The position numbers and the translations under genes were made by a program. The notes beneath the pieces are model-generated. The model saw nothing but the letters and a program-made list of their open reading frames with translations, had not been told where the DNA came from and did not search any database. Positions 12,617 through 26,700 of a stretch of 64,000 bases of DNA are shown here, one piece after another. The stretch's first letter is position 1, and each line of letters starts with the position of its first letter. The DNA is from Eledone cirrhosa (taxonomy: Eukaryota), in NCBI GenBank assembly GCA_964016885.1, contig OZ024744.1, forward strand, positions 35,464,001 to 35,528,000, read 5' to 3'.

Positions 12617-12920
12617 ATATGGTTTTATAAATATAGTTTCCATTTATTTAATATCATTGTATATACAAGTATATGTATATATATATATATAAATATATAT
12701 GTATGTGTGTGTGTGTTTGTATGTGTACATGCATCGTATAATATTTTATAATACATATGCAAACATACACATTTACATACATATGTATGTATAAGTATAT
12801 ATATAAATATTGTTTTTTCTATTTTTTATTTTTTTATCAATGAATGTGCAGGTTAAGAAAATGTTTCAAAGAAGATATATATATATATATGTGCATATAT
12901 ATACATACATACTTATATAT

Positions 12921-13492
12921 GGTGGCTGCCAACTCGTTTTCGAGTATGGCCACTACTTTATATCCATGTAGGAGAACCCCTACCGATGCGCTGAATGAGT
13001 GTGGCTTTTTAGTCCAGCCAGCACAAACACTGGTACAAACACTACACTTGTGACAATTATTGGGCCCATGGTACCATGTGACGACAAGTGCAGAGAGATC
13101 TCCAGATATAAAGCAATGCCTGTGCCGTGAAGCTTTTATAGTGAGCAAAGGCACTGCACAAAGCCAGTCCCACTCTCTTAACCAAGATGATATTTACCAA
13201 AAAGAAGTCAACATCATTGGATACCATCAGGGTTGCAGGTGTTATATCAGAGTTTTCCTTCTCCTAGAATTCTACCTTGACAAAGGCTAAGGGGTCATCT
13301 CTCCCGGTGATTTTGGATGGCCATTGACTCTTAAGAGCTCCTTTTCCCTTTGACAGGTTTTGTTTTTAGTCCTGCAGGATGTCCAAAGTCACCCTCCTCA
13401 CCAAGAAACCTTGGTAGGGTTGCCAGTTTAGTCGCCAACGACCCGACCATGGGACAGGTTGTACTGGAATACATGTTACCAGTAGCACCAAC
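12921..13492 (-). mobile_element. probable non-LTR retrotransposon 5' UTR-like fragment
   Basis: GC-richer unique block between (TA)n tracts; minus strand TTAGCCTTTGTCAAGG..CTAGGAGAAGGAAAACTCTG resembles RTE 5' UTR motifs (from recall). Confidence 0.35.
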
Positions 13493-13512
13493 TTATATAT
13501 ACATACATACAT

Positions 13513-13828
13513 ACCCCATCCACACCGCCCCTTTCAATGTAAAGTTATGTTGGTGCCACAACATCCAGGCCGAAACAAATGAGATCGTGTAGTGTCACGT
13601 CAAAAAACACACAGTTCACGCTGTAATGTGGCCGTGTAGGCAACACGGTAAAAACCTCCCAGCCCCACACTGTAAATGTGGTTGGTGTTAGGGCATCCAG
13701 CTGTAGAAAACCCGCCAGATAGTCCTATGCGAGCAAGACAATCACTCTTGCCTCAAGTGGGAAAACCCCCGTCCAAACCCATGCAAGCGTGGAACACGGA
13801 CGTTAAACGTTGATGATGATGATGATGA
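13513..13828 (+). mobile_element. RTE 3' UTR copy
   Basis: matches 6050-6480 and the reverse complement of 56085-56410. Confidence 0.85.
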
Positions 13829-14206
13829 TATATGCATATACATACATACTTATATATACATACATACGTATATATATAGAAAGAGAAAGAGAGAGAGAGA
13901 GAGAGAGCGAAAGAAAGGAGATCAAAGGGAAACAAAAATACAAATATTATTGATATAGAGACCATCCATCGGCAACAGCAGTGTGTGTGTGTTTACATCT
14001 GCTGTTTGTTTATGTTCTGTAATTTAGTGGTTCAACTGAAGGAGATCAATAAAATAAGTATCTGACTTGAAAAAATAAATACTGGTATCATTGTGATTGA
14101 CAAATCCTATCAAGGCAGTGCCCCAGCATGACCACAGCCTAATGATTGAAACTAGTAAAAGAACAAAAGGAAAGAAAAAGTAACAAATCAGCATTATATT
14201 TATATA

Positions 14207-14690
14207 AAGTACCAGTAATGCACTGAGTAATTGCTGGCCTTGTGCCTAAAGTAGAAACAATTATATTTATATTAGCAATGGCTGGATTGGCAGTATCGGT
14301 AGAGGGTCGGACGCCATGCTTTGACGTATAGAGTTACTGTCCTTGCCATTCTGAGTTCAAATTCCGCCGAGGTTAACTTTGCTTTTCATCCTTATAGGGT
14401 CGATAAAATAAAGTACCAGTAATGCACTGGGTGATTGCTGGCCTTGTGCCAAACGTAGAAACAATTATATTTATATTAGCATTATATTTATATTGGGTGA
14501 TGAATTGGCAGTATCGGTAGAGGGTCGGACGCCATGCTTTCCAGCACAGATACGTCTCTTTACGGTCTGAGTTCAAATTCTGTCGAGGTTAACTTTGCCT
14601 TTCATCCTTACGGGGTCGATAAAATAAAGTACCAGTAATGCACTAGGATAATTGCTGGCCTTGTGCAAAAAGTAGAAAGAATTATATTTA
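14207..14690 (+). mobile_element. head-to-tail array of SINE family A (one tail plus two copies)
   Basis: repeated AAAGTACCAGTAATGCACTG..GCTGGCCTTGTGCC..GTAGAAACAATTATATTTATATTAGCA. Confidence 0.8.
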
Positions 14691-14711
14691 TATTAGCAAT
14701 TAATAAGAGAA

Positions 14712-14752
14712 CTCTGGATATGTTTCATTCTTATTGGAACTCATCAGTAGAA
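14712..14752 (-). ncRNA. minimal hammerhead ribozyme motif
   Basis: minus strand: TTCTA CTGATGA G TTC-CAATAA-GAA T GAAA CATA TC CAGAG; core intact, one stem I mismatch. Confidence 0.55.
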
Positions 14753-14803
14753 CTACAAACTGAATATAACTTTTCAAACTATTTAGTGATCACATCACTA
14801 AAT

Positions 14804-15221
14804 AAACTACGAGATTTTGATATTATTCATTTTGAGAACAATACCTTAACATTGGTATGTGCGGCTGATTATGGGTGAGTTGAACAAAGAGGTGAGATAA
14901 TTCTGGCTGAATATGGCCGGTTTAAATGCTAATGAGTTAAATCAGCCTCAGTACTTGACACATGAACATAACTTCAGAATAATTTAACTTTTAATTTAAT
15001 GTTTAAGGGTGTAAAGTAAGTGAATTTACTGGAAAAGTTAAATTATTCTGAAGTTATGTTCATGTGTCAAGTACTGAGGCTGATTTAACTCTAGCATTTA
15101 AACCGGCCATATTCAGCCAGAATTATCTCACCTCTTTCTGTTCAAACCAGTCATAACCAGCTGCACATACCAATGTTAAGGTATTGTTCTCAAAATGAAT
15201 AATATCAAAATCTCGTAGTTT
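14804..15221. repeat. ~190 bp inverted duplication (arms ~14804-14992 / ~15033-15221) covering part of a TTAA MITE plus its unique flank
   Basis: ATCAGCCTCAGTACTTGACACATGAACATAACTTCAGAATAATTTAAC and its reverse complement. Confidence 0.85.
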
Positions 15222-15306
15222 CTATATTATGTGAGATAATTGTGATAAAGCTTTTACCACAAAATATAATAGTAAATGTAGAGTAATATAAATGCTAAAA
15301 GGTTAA
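15085..15306. mobile_element. TTAA-ended MITE
   Basis: family match; right end ATGCTAAAAGGTTAA. Confidence 0.7.
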
Positions 15307-15431
15307 TCAACTTTACTCTGTCTCTAAATTTGCTGGCCTTATGTCTAAATTTGAAATTAATATTAAAAATCCTTAAGTGAGATCTCAATTGTGATAAAAG
15401 TAAAAAATATTGTAAATGTGGGTTATATCAA

Positions 15432-15750
15432 ATAATTGTTTCTACTTTTGGCACAAGGCCAGCAATTACCCAGTACATTACTGGTACTTTATTTTATTGA
15501 CCCCGTAAGGATGAAAGGCAAAGTTAACCTCGACGGGATTTGAACTCAGGCCGTAAAGGGACGTAACTGCCAAAATAATAATAATAATAATTGTTTCTAC
15601 ATTTGGCACAAGGCCAGCAACTTGAAGTGTGGGGTGGTGGTCGCTTAAATCGACCCCAGTGCATTACTGGTACTTATTTTATCAACCCTGTAAGGATGAA
15701 AGGCAAAGCTAACGTCGGCGGGATTTGAACTCGGAACATAAAGGGACGTA
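15432..15750 (-). mobile_element. two SINE family A copies
   Basis: reverse complement of the family A consensus. Confidence 0.8.
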
Positions 15751-15847
15751 ATAATATTCAATTTGTTTGCAAGCAAAAGGCTTCACAATGTTATGCTTTG
15801 TTTTCGATGACTATCATCATCTGTTTGTTCAACAGAAGTATCGAGGA

Positions 15848-15890
15848 ACAGCCAACATATTTCTGGGTAATTTCCCTTCATCAGGACTGT
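15848..15890 (-). ncRNA. minimal type-I hammerhead ribozyme motif
   Basis: minus strand: ACAGTC CTGATGA A GGG-AAATTA-CCC A GAAA TATG TT GGCTGT; 6-bp stem I and complete CUGAUGA/GAAA core. Confidence 0.75.
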
Positions 15891-15992
15891 ATAGCTCTCT
15901 GCTACTTGATTGAACAGTTGAAAATATATAGTATTTCCTAATGTATACATCGGTTTATAAGCCTCATTTTTGTATACATATTGAATATTATT

Positions 15993-16180
15993 GGTGGATA
16001 GGCAGTATCGGTAGAGGGTCGGACGCCATGCTTTGACGTATAGAATTACGGCCCTTGCCATTCTGAGTTCAAATCCCGCCGAGGTTAACTTTGCCTTTCA
16101 TCCTTACGGGGTCGATAAAATAAAGCACCAGTAATGCACTGGTTAATTGCTGGCCTTGTGCCAAACGTAGAAACAATTAT
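15993..16180 (+). mobile_element. SINE family A
   Basis: full consensus match. Confidence 0.85.
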
Positions 16181-16469
16181 TATTATTTGATATAACTCAT
16201 ATTTACATTTATGTAATCTGCTATGCTAGAGTAAAAAATTAAATTCTAATTTTGTTTTAAAAAAATATTGAATACATGGATATTCATACATTCCGTAGTG
16301 CTAGATTTGACCTTTTTTTGATATCAACTTGACCCAAACTCCCTCTGTTTCTATGAAACAAAACCATACATTTATTTAAATAAAATCTTCCAACATAATT
16401 TTATATAAGAACCCTATGTTAAGTTACTTTCTTAGTTACTTTCTTTTGTAAATCCATAAAAATTCTCCA

Positions 16470-16665
16470 TTAACCCTTTAGCATTTAAATCGGCCATATC
16501 TGGCCTGAATTTTCTCACGTCTTTCTGTTCAAACTAGTTGTACCCGGCTTCTCATATTTATGTTATGGTATTGTTCTCAAAATAAATAATATCAAAATCT
16601 CATAGATTCAATATTATGTAAGGTACAATAGTAAATATAGAGTAATGTAAATGCTAAAGGGTTAA
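16470..16665. mobile_element. TTAA-ended MITE
   Basis: TTAACCCTTTAGCATTTA...TAAATGCTAAAGGGTTAA. Confidence 0.8.
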
Positions 16666-16974
16666 TCAATTGAAATAGAGTGTATTTAATGAGAAATATG
16701 GTCACAAAAGAGTTAAAATGTTATGCACTAAATAAGTTGCTAGAATAGGTTGACATAATAAAAACTAATCTAGTTAGCAACTCTTTTCACAATCTGTCTG
16801 TTGCTTACTTACCAATCAATAACTTTTTACTCTGTAAACACTGAAATTTACTCATTTTGTTCATTGTTCCATGTACCTTCTAACATTCTAACATTACTTC
16901 ACCCCTGCCTTTTCTGTCTCTTTGCATCATATAACACCATATTTTTAGCTTACATTATGTATTTCACATGTAAG

Positions 16975-17185
16975 GGGCGTGGATTGGCAGTATTAGCAGG
17001 GGGTCGGACAACATGCTTTGCAGCATAGAGTTATGGCCCTTTACATTCTGAGTTCAAATCCTGCTGAGGTTATCTTTGCCTTTTATCCTTACAGAATTGA
17101 TGAATTAAAGCACTGGAAATGCACTGTGGTCGATTTAATTGACTTTCCCCGGCTCTAAAATTGTGGCCTTGTGCCTAAATCAGAA
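16975..17185 (+). mobile_element. SINE family A
   Basis: consensus match, diverged. Confidence 0.7.
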
Positions 17186-17670
17186 ACCTTTATGTACTTC
17201 ACATGTTCATGTAGTTACATTATTTCATCCAGTCATCCAGTCCAGCCTCACCTCTTTCAACTACTTATTACAAGCACTAGGCTATATAAGAGTCTATATA
17301 CCAGAGGTTTCCTACCTGCGGTTTGTAGACTTTTGGAGTAGTACTGGTGATCTGTTGAGTAATAAGACCTTTCAAATATCTAGCATCCTTGGGAGACTTC
17401 ATTTAAATAAAAGGTGTCCTTGAAAAGGCTCAACGATACAATGCACCATCCAGTTTGCGAATTCAATCCATAACCTTATGATCATGATCCTAACATCCTA
17501 ACTACTTGGCCATGTGGCTTCACTCAATACCCATCTTAAATCATCATTTCTAACATAAGCACAACATTTTGAGGGAGCAGTTACTTGACTGGTTCTTATT
17601 TTATCAACTCCCTAAGGATAAAAGGCAAAGTGACCTTTAAAATCAGAATGGAAAGAGTTTCTTTAATATT

Positions 17671-17862
17671 GAGGGTCGGCTGAAAAGGTCATAGGCTGAC
17701 AAAGATATTCTCATGGAATGACCAAATGTTTATTTTTCAACATACACCCTGGAAAGAAACAATGCAGTTATTAATAAGAGTTGAAATTAATGCATGCAAA
17801 ATTTCACAGCTCTAGCATTACTCTTCATAGTCAGCCTATGAACTATTCAGCCCACTCCTGTA
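17671..17862. mobile_element. mariner-like MITE
   Basis: GAGGGTCGGCTGAAAAGGTCATAGGCTGAC...GTCAGCCTATGAACTATTCAGCCC TIRs. Confidence 0.75.
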
Positions 17863-18004
17863 TAATATAAATGTTAACAGAATTTGTTTTTCCTTTTTAA
17901 CCTATTTTGTTTTGGTTTCAGTGTGCAGCCATTATCTAGTCATCATCATCATCATCATCATCCTCGTTTAATGTCCACTTTCCACGCTAGCATGGGTTTA
18001 TCTA

Positions 18005-18279
18005 TTAATCCTTTTGATACCAACCTGCCTAAAACAGACCTTGATTTTATGATACAAAGCTGTTTATTCTAATATGTTAATATTTATCTAAAAACCTTCT
18101 GTGATAATTTTATATAAAAATCTTTGTTAAATTATGTTCCAAACACCAGATTGATATTGAAAAAGCTAGCTATATTACTAAACCCATCCCAAATTCTTGT
18201 TTATTCAAAAATTATTTGAAAATTGTGTGCAGTGTTATTTTTTTCTTTCTGTTAGAAATTTGGTAATAAAAGGGGTTAA
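18005..18279. mobile_element. second TTAA-ended MITE family
   Basis: TTAATCCTTTTGATACCAA...TTGGTAATAAAAGGGGTTAA. Confidence 0.55.
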
Positions 18280-18389
18280 TGACAGCAAAATTTAATCATT
18301 TTGAAATTTCATTTTTTAAATTCTCTTAAACTACATTTTCTAAAGTTGTTCATTCACTTATGTATGTGTTTTTGTTTATTTTACTCCAG

Positions 18390-18533
18390 AGGTTGTGATG
18401 ACTGCTAGTCGTCAAGATGACTGCTCCATGATACGACTAGAGAGAAAATGTCAAAGTGAAATAGATTTCAGTCAAGTACATTTCATCGGTGGGGGACCAT
18501 ATAAAGGAATTTTGGTCAACAAAGTGGCATCTA
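18390..18533 (+). CDS. putative host-gene internal exon (phase 1-1, 144 nt), start of a PDZ-like domain
   Basis: pyrimidine tract + CCAG acceptor, GTAAGT donor, open frame VVMTASRQDDCSMIRLERKCQSEIDFSQVHFIGGGPYKGILVNKVAS; FIGGG..GILVNKV resembles PDZ beta-B/beta-C. Confidence 0.65.
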
Positions 18534-18947
18534 GTAAGTATAAATACAATTTGATTTCTTTATGGTGTTGTTGTTGGGAGCAATATGCAATTAGCAATAT
18601 GACGTTGATTAATAGCAGGTGCAAAAATGCAGTTGAGATGTGTGGTAAGAGTCTCAACAATTAAACAGAGGATAGCACAGATGACCCAGAAATATGCTGA
18701 GTGAAAGAAATAATGACCTTGCTGTGGTTGTTGTTGTTGTTGTTGTTTAGTCCTCAAGTGAATCTTAATTCAACAAACCTGTGATAAAAAGCATTCCAGG
18801 AGTAACCATTCTGCCTTATTAACTGTATGTAGTACAGTACATTATCCTAGATATCACTTTACTTTTTATTTATGATGACGATTTGATGAGATTTTTCTGC
18901 TATTTCTAACAGCTGAAACAACCACATACAGGTCTCTTCATGCTGGC

Positions 18948-19434
18948 TTGTGACAACAATGATTGTGATGGCCTCTTATGGTAACAACAATGATTGTGAT
19001 GGCCTCTTGTTATAACAACAATGATTGTGATGGCCTCTTGTGGCAACAACAATAATTGTGATGGCCTCTTGTGGCAACAACAATAATTGTGATGGCCTCT
19101 TGTGGTAACAACAATGATTGTGATGGCTTCTTGTGGCAACAACAATAATTGTGATGGCCTCTTGTGGTAACAACAATGATTGTGATGGCCTCTTGTGGCA
19201 ACAACAATGATTGTGATGGCCTCTTGTGGCAACAACAATAATTGTGATGGCCTCTTGTGGTAACAACAATGATTGTGATGGCCTCTTGTGGCAACAACAA
19301 TGATTGTGATGGCCTCTTGTGGCAACAACAATGATTGTGATGGCCTCTTGTGGTAACAACAATGATTGTGATGGCCTCTTGTGGTAATAACAATGATTGT
19401 GATGGCCTCTTGTGGCAACAACAATGATTGTAAT
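18948..19434. repeat. 31-bp minisatellite, ~15-16 copies
   Basis: unit TGGCCTCTTGTGGCAACAACAATGATTGTGA. Confidence 0.95.
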
Positions 19435-20518
19435 GGTCAAAAGTGTGAATAGTGATAGTTATTGTCACAGTGATTCTACTGGTTTAGTTTCTTAAATTTG
19501 CTATTTCAATGGTTCATATTTTAATATTGCCACTCTGATTGATTCTCTGATATTTTTAGCAATGAGCATTTAGTTGTTTGATCAACAGAACTTCCAACTT
19601 GTGTGTAATTGGTTGAGTATTTCACAGACACTGTGTTATAATTCCTAAGCCAAATCAACATGACACAATATGTGACAAGGCTTGGGCATTTGAATAATAG
19701 GCACAATCCATTGGATAGGTTTCCATACAGTTTCTTTCTAACAAATTTCACTTAGAAGGCTTGGGTTAACTCGAGCCTATGGTAAAGTTACTTGCCCAAG
19801 GTGTAACACAATTGGATCAAATCTGGGACCATGATTATGAAACAAACTTTTAAACCTCAGAGTCATGACAGCACCATACATTTAACTCATGGTAGCTGAT
19901 TAAATCTATCTAATTCTTTATACAATCAAATGTGGGAGCCTTTATACCATTATACCAGGTATGAACAAACTCCTTTTTAGCAGCAGTTCTTACTCTCATG
20001 GAGTTGTTGTAGTGCCATTATGACAAGCTGTGTAACAGTCTTTTCCTTGACATGGTTATGTTTCAGATCCTGGGTCTCTGCTAAAAATGTATTTACTTGT
20101 GCATTCTTTGATGTTGTGTATCAATCTATTCTTTTGTGTTTATCTCCCTCTTTCCCCACCACAGTTTCTTGTATAATGGTCTCTGTGAGAGTGGCCATTG
20201 GATCTGGTTACATGACAATGCCCTCTCAGTTTTTTCTTTTTTTTTTTTCTGAGGACCATGTGAAAGCCAATATGATGTAGTCTAAGTATGAGATGTCTAA
20301 AATGTTGAAGTAACCTCTCATTTCTTGTGACATTCTCTGTATCTCTATGAAATATGGTTCTTTATATTTGGACCACTAAAATAATAATTTGACAAACATT
20401 GTGTGTAGTACAGAAAACGTCATATATTAGACTAGGCAAAATAAAAAAAAATGATAAAAAAAGCATGAGAGAGATCGGATGGGGAAGAGAAAAAGAAAAA
20501 AATAGAGGGAGAGGGATG

Positions 20519-20577
<59 letters not shown>

Positions 20578-20936
20578 ATGAAATTGTTCAAATCAACAGC
20601 TGGACATAAATATTTATTCTTTTACCAGTTTTATTCATTGGACTGTGACCATGTTGTGACACCACCTATTGTATTAGAATATGTTAGTATTCTAATACAG
20701 TAGGTTTTTAAGTCTGTTTTCCCATGCTCGCATAGTTCAGGGAGGTCTTTTTCAGCACAGTATCTCTCTACTCACCACGTTATGGTTATATGTTCATAAC
20801 ATTACATGTACCATATGAAATCTCATAAAAGGGTGCATGCAGCCAAAGTGCCACAGATTGACTGTCTCTCTACTATATAGACACTCAAACTGATAGGTTC
20901 AGCAGACAAATCCCTTTCTAATTTCCTTCTAGTATA

Positions 20937-21370
20937 AGGCAATGGATCAGCAGAATTGTTAGATCATCGGATAAAATGTTTTATGGTATTTGTTACAGTC
21001 CCTTAAATTCTGAGTTCAAATCCCTATGAGGTTAACCTTACCTTTCATCCTTTATGTGGTCGATAAAATAAAGTACCAGTCAAGTACTGGGGTTGATATA
21101 ATTGATTTTCTCTTCCCTTCCACAAATTACTGGCCTTGTGCCTATGTTAGAAATAATCAAAGGAGGTTGAATTGGCAGAAATGGTAGAGCTTGATTAAAA
21201 TACCCTTGCAGTAATTGTTCTAGTTCATTACATCCTGAGTTTAAATCATGCTGAGGTCTTCTTTGCCTTTTATCCTTCCTGGGTTGATAAAATAAAGTAC
21301 CAGTTAAGTACTGGGGTTGATTTAATCAACTTTGTCCTTTCCCCCAAATATGTTGGCCTTGTGCCTAAAT
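20937..21370 (+). mobile_element. two tandem SINE family A copies
   Basis: CTGAGTTCAAATCCC..GATAAAATAAAGTACCAG twice. Confidence 0.75.
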
Positions 21371-21484
21371 GATATAAGTAATAGCTGTGAAGAATTAGAA
21401 TTATATGTGCGTGTGTGTGTTGATGTTCTCTCTCTTTCACTCACTGCCTCCATCTCTCTTTCTCTCTCCATCTCTCACTATTAT

Positions 21485-21904
21485 ATGCAAATGGGAGCCC
21501 ACACATTGGTTGCCCCGTGTTTCTCTGGAGAATGGTGAAGGAGACGTGTCAGAAGAGCCATTCCAGGTCACAAGGCTCACACCTGCAGGTAGCCAACTCC
21601 ATGCTGATGGTGGTGAGTAGGGAGGTAGCCCTAGGGCCAAGGACACCAGAAGTCTCCACTGTTATAGGTTTGAGAGTGACCGATATTTGGAGAGTTTACC
21701 CTCCTTGGCCTAAAGTGCAGCAGGGCCTGGATTAGTCACAGACTGCACCAGGTTGCCATTGGAGAAAGTGTCACTGCATGTAGCCTCCCAGATGAGAAGT
21801 TTACCACTGTAGAACGGGAAGATGGTTATGCCGTCTGGCCTATTGCCATTCCCTTGGTCCAGCCCTACCAGCTCAAGCTGGGAGAGGAAGCCTGCACCAT
21901 CCAA
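21485..21904 (-). mobile_element. CRE-like non-LTR retrotransposon fragment with restriction-like endonuclease motif
   Basis: minus 21710-21904 GLDQGNGNRPDGITIFPFYSGKLLIWEATCSDT fits the RPD..W(D/E)AT RLE motif; + strand upstream part has TVIGLRVTDI. Confidence 0.6.
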
Positions 21905-23756
21905 TTAGAAATCAATTTCTTTCTAGCATCTTAGGATTGAATTGAATGAGTATACTAGATACAGTAGTCCTAAATACAACGTATCAAACATTAAGATGGG
22001 ATGGTCATGGCTTGATTGCCAGTTTTACAAATGTAGGTGTAGGCATGGCTATGTGAATAAGGATTTTGTTTTGTAGCCATGTGGTTTTGTGTCCATTCGT
22101 TCTATGGGGCACCTTGAGCAAGTGTCTTCTATTATACATAGCTTTGGCTATGTATAATAGTGAGTGAAATTTGGTGAACAGAAACTGCAGAAGTCCGTTA
22201 TTTTTATGTGTGTGCATGTGTAGTGTGTGTATGTGTAGTGTGTGTATGTGTAGTGTGTGTAGTGTGTGTGTATGGTGAGTGTGTGTTTATGTCGCATCAC
22301 TTAACAGTTCAACCAAAGTAGATTGATAAAAAAAAATACCAGTTCAAAAAAATAAATACTGAAATCATGTTTGTTCATGTGATGGCCATACCAGCTCAGT
22401 ATTTTATTTCTTTCACTGTTGTCAAGTTACTAGAGTTACAAAAAAAACACTCTCTTGTCATCTTCATGATGAGAAACACTGTGAATCTGTGATTGGTCCA
22501 TTGGAAGCCTGTGAACAATGACTTGTATTTACAAACTGTTGTATAGAAATAAATCAAAGAATATTCTACAGATTTTGACCTTCTGACTGGATCATTACTC
22601 CATCATTGTTTGGAAAATTATATAAATTCTCTGTATTTTTTACCACAGAAAATAACCTAATAACAGGACATACATCTCCATAATGGAAAATATGGGCACC
22701 AGAATATATACCCTGTTATTAGACTATTTTCTGTAGTAAAAAATACAGTAAAAGCTACTTATTCAAATTTCAAATTCCAATCGCTGCTGTTTTCTAAACA
22801 CACATGTTTGGGTCAATATTTTGGACCTTTAGTTTTACCTATTGCAAGCAAGAGTTCTATCTTTAGTCTGCAATAGATACTTGAATCCAATTTGTTATTC
22901 TTGTTCAAATAAAACCACACTGAAGTCTACTTGAGTGGTAGACTTAATCAGTCACCTAGTTTAACACCGCCACCTGGCTCTTTGTGGTCATTTCACAGAA
23001 TTCACTCTGTTGCAAGCATTTGGGTCAGGCCTTCAATCTGAAGACATCACTACTTATTCTCTGCTCTGATCAGTCTCTGAGGTCTTGTAAATGGTCTTGG
23101 ATGCTGACCTTCCCTCACTGACTACACTTTATCTAATGTGTCATGTTGTTTTTTAAAGATAGCAGGGTAGGATTTGTAAAGGAAATATGCCAACTAATTC
23201 TAGCCATTTGGTTCAATTTGAATTCAGGTGTGTGTGTGTGTTTGTTTGTGCGTGTGTGTATTTGTGTGTGCTTGTGTGTGTGTATTTGTGTGTATTTGCG
23301 TGTGAGTGTGTGTGCTTGTGTGTATTTGTATGTGTGTGTGTATGTGTTTGTGCTTGTGTGTGTGAGTGTGCGCGTGTCACCATAACAAAAAAAAATAAAA
23401 TGGTAGCCATGAAAGAAATAATGATCTAATAAATTTAATTGTTATATGTTATTTGTAATTATATATTATAATTCATTAGAAACACGTTGAATAATTTGTA
23501 TGCCTTAATTAATAGTCAATGCAAGCTGTCAGGACACAGATACATAAGTGCGTGTGTATGGAGGGGGAATATCAAGTGTAGTGTTGGCGAATGTCAGGTA
23601 GCATAGAAGTTTTAAGGATGCATATAGATACACAATATATTCATTGACAGTATTGGACGGTACTGCTCCAGCATAGCCTTAACTGTGGCAATTAAAATTA
23701 AATCAAACTAAAGAAATAAGAAGCATAGAAGACACGTTAATAACATACACAACACG

Positions 23757-26700
23757 TGCACACACATACATGTACTCACACATACATGTACACACACATA
23801 CATTTACACACACATACATGTACTCACACATACATGTACACACACATGCATTTACACACACATACATGTACACACACATACATGTACACACACATACATG
23901 TACTCACACATACATGTACACACACATACATGTACACACACATACATGTACTCACACATACATGTACACACACAGACATGAACACACACATACATGTACA
24001 CACACACATGTACACACACATACATTTACACACACATACATGTACACACACATGCATTTACACACACATGCATGTACTCACATATACATGTACACACACA
24101 GACATGTACACACACAGACATGTACACACACATACATGTACTCACACATACATGTACACACACATACATGTACACACACATTCACGTACTCACACATACA
24201 TGTACACACATATACATGTACACATACATACATGTATACACACATACATGTACACACACATACATGTACACACACATAATGTATACACACATACATGTAC
24301 ACACACATACATGTACACATACATGTACTCACACATAGATGTACTCGAACATGCATGTACTCACACATACATGTACCTCACACATACATGTACACACACA
24401 TACATGTACACACACATACATGTACTCACACATACATGTACACACACATACAGGTACACACACATACATGTACACGCACATGCATTTACACACACATACA
24501 TGTACACACACATACACGTACTCACACATACATGTACACACATACATATACACACACTTACATGTACACACACATACATGTACTCACACATACATGTACT
24601 CACACATACATGTACACACATATGCATGTACTCACACATAGATGTACACACACATACAGGTACACACACATACATGTAATCACATATACGTACACACACA
24701 TACATGTACACACACATACATGTACACACACAGACATGTACACACACATACATGTACGCACACATACATGTACATGCATACATGTACACACACATACATG
24801 TACACACACACATGTACTCACACATACATGTACTCACACATACCTGTACACACACATACATGTAATCACATACATGTACACACACATACATGTACTCACA
24901 CATACATGTACACACACATACATGTACACATACATACATGTACTCATACATACATGTACTCACACATACATGTACTCACACATACATGTACACACATATG
25001 CATGTACTCACACATAGATGTACACACACATACAGGTACACACACATACATGTACACGAACATGCATTTACACACACATACATGTACACACACATACACA
25101 TACTCACACATACATGTACACACATATACATGTACACATACATACATGTACACACACATACATGTACACACATATACATATACACACACATACATGTATA
25201 CACACATACATATACACACACATACATGTACTCACACATAGATGTACACACACATACATGTACACACACACATGTACACACATACATGTATTCACACATA
25301 CATGAACTCACACATACATGTACACACACATACATGTACACACACATGCATGTACTCACACATACATGTACATACACATACATGTACTCACACATATATG
25401 TACACACACATACATGTACACACACATGTACACACACAAACATGTACACACACATACATGTACACATACATGTACACATACATGTACTTACACATACATG
25501 TACACACAGACATTTACACACACATACATGTACACACACATACCTGTACTCACACATACATGTACACACACATACATGTACACACACATACATGTACACA
25601 CACATACATGTACTCACACATACATGTACTCACACATACATGTACTCACACATACATGTACACACACATACATGTACACACACATACATGTACACACACA
25701 CACATGTACACACACATACATGTACACACACATACATGTACACACACATACATGTACTCACACATACATGTACACACACATGTACACAAACATACATGTA
25801 CACACACATACATTTACGCACACATACATGTACTCACACATACATGTACACACATACATGTACACACACATACATGTACACACACATACATGTACACACA
25901 TACATGTACTCACATATACATGTACTCACACATGCATGTACTCACACATACATGTACTCACACATACATGTACACACACTTACATGTACACACACATACA
26001 TGTACACACACATACATATACACACACAGACATGTACTCACACATACATGTACACACACATACATTTACACACACATACATGTACTCACACATACATGTA
26101 CACACACATACATGTACTCACACATACATGTACACACACATACATGTACACACACATACATGTACACATACATGTGCTCACACATACATGTACACACACT
26201 TACATGTACACACACATACATGTACTCACACATACATGTACACACACATACATGTACACACACATACATGTACACATACATGTGCTCACACATACATGTA
26301 CACACACATACATGTAATCACATATACATGTACACACAGATACATGTACAATCACATACATGTACACACACATATATGTACTCACACATACATATACACA
26401 CACATACATGTACACACACATACATGTACACACACATACATGTACACACACATACATTTACACACACATACATGTACACACACATACATGTACTCACACA
26501 TACATGTACACACACATAGATGTACACACACATACATGTACTCACACATACATGTACTCACACATACATGTACTCACACATACATGTACTCACACATACA
26601 TGTACACACACTTACATGTACGCACACATACATTTACACACACATACACGTACTCACACATACATTAACACACATATACATGTACACACATATACATATA

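Larger units (their letters stand above)
10890..12665 (+). mobile_element. Penelope-like element remnant with GIY-YIG fragment and ~165 bp inverted arms (~10975-11139 / ~12500-12665)
   Basis: ORF 11148-11399 YVGATSTKFKECWNNH..STALSYLIWNLKD..CKLCIEE is a PLE GIY-YIG endonuclease; arms are reverse complements; tail on minus strand at ~10890-10972. Confidence 0.85.

Noticed and set aside
18948-19434. 31-bp repeats as a CRISPR array or repeat protein
   Set aside because: No unique spacers, eukaryotic context, unit length not a multiple of 3
22572-22660. Possible additional exon after ATTCTACAG
   Set aside because: Poor pyrimidine tract, no convincing donor, no recognisable peptide
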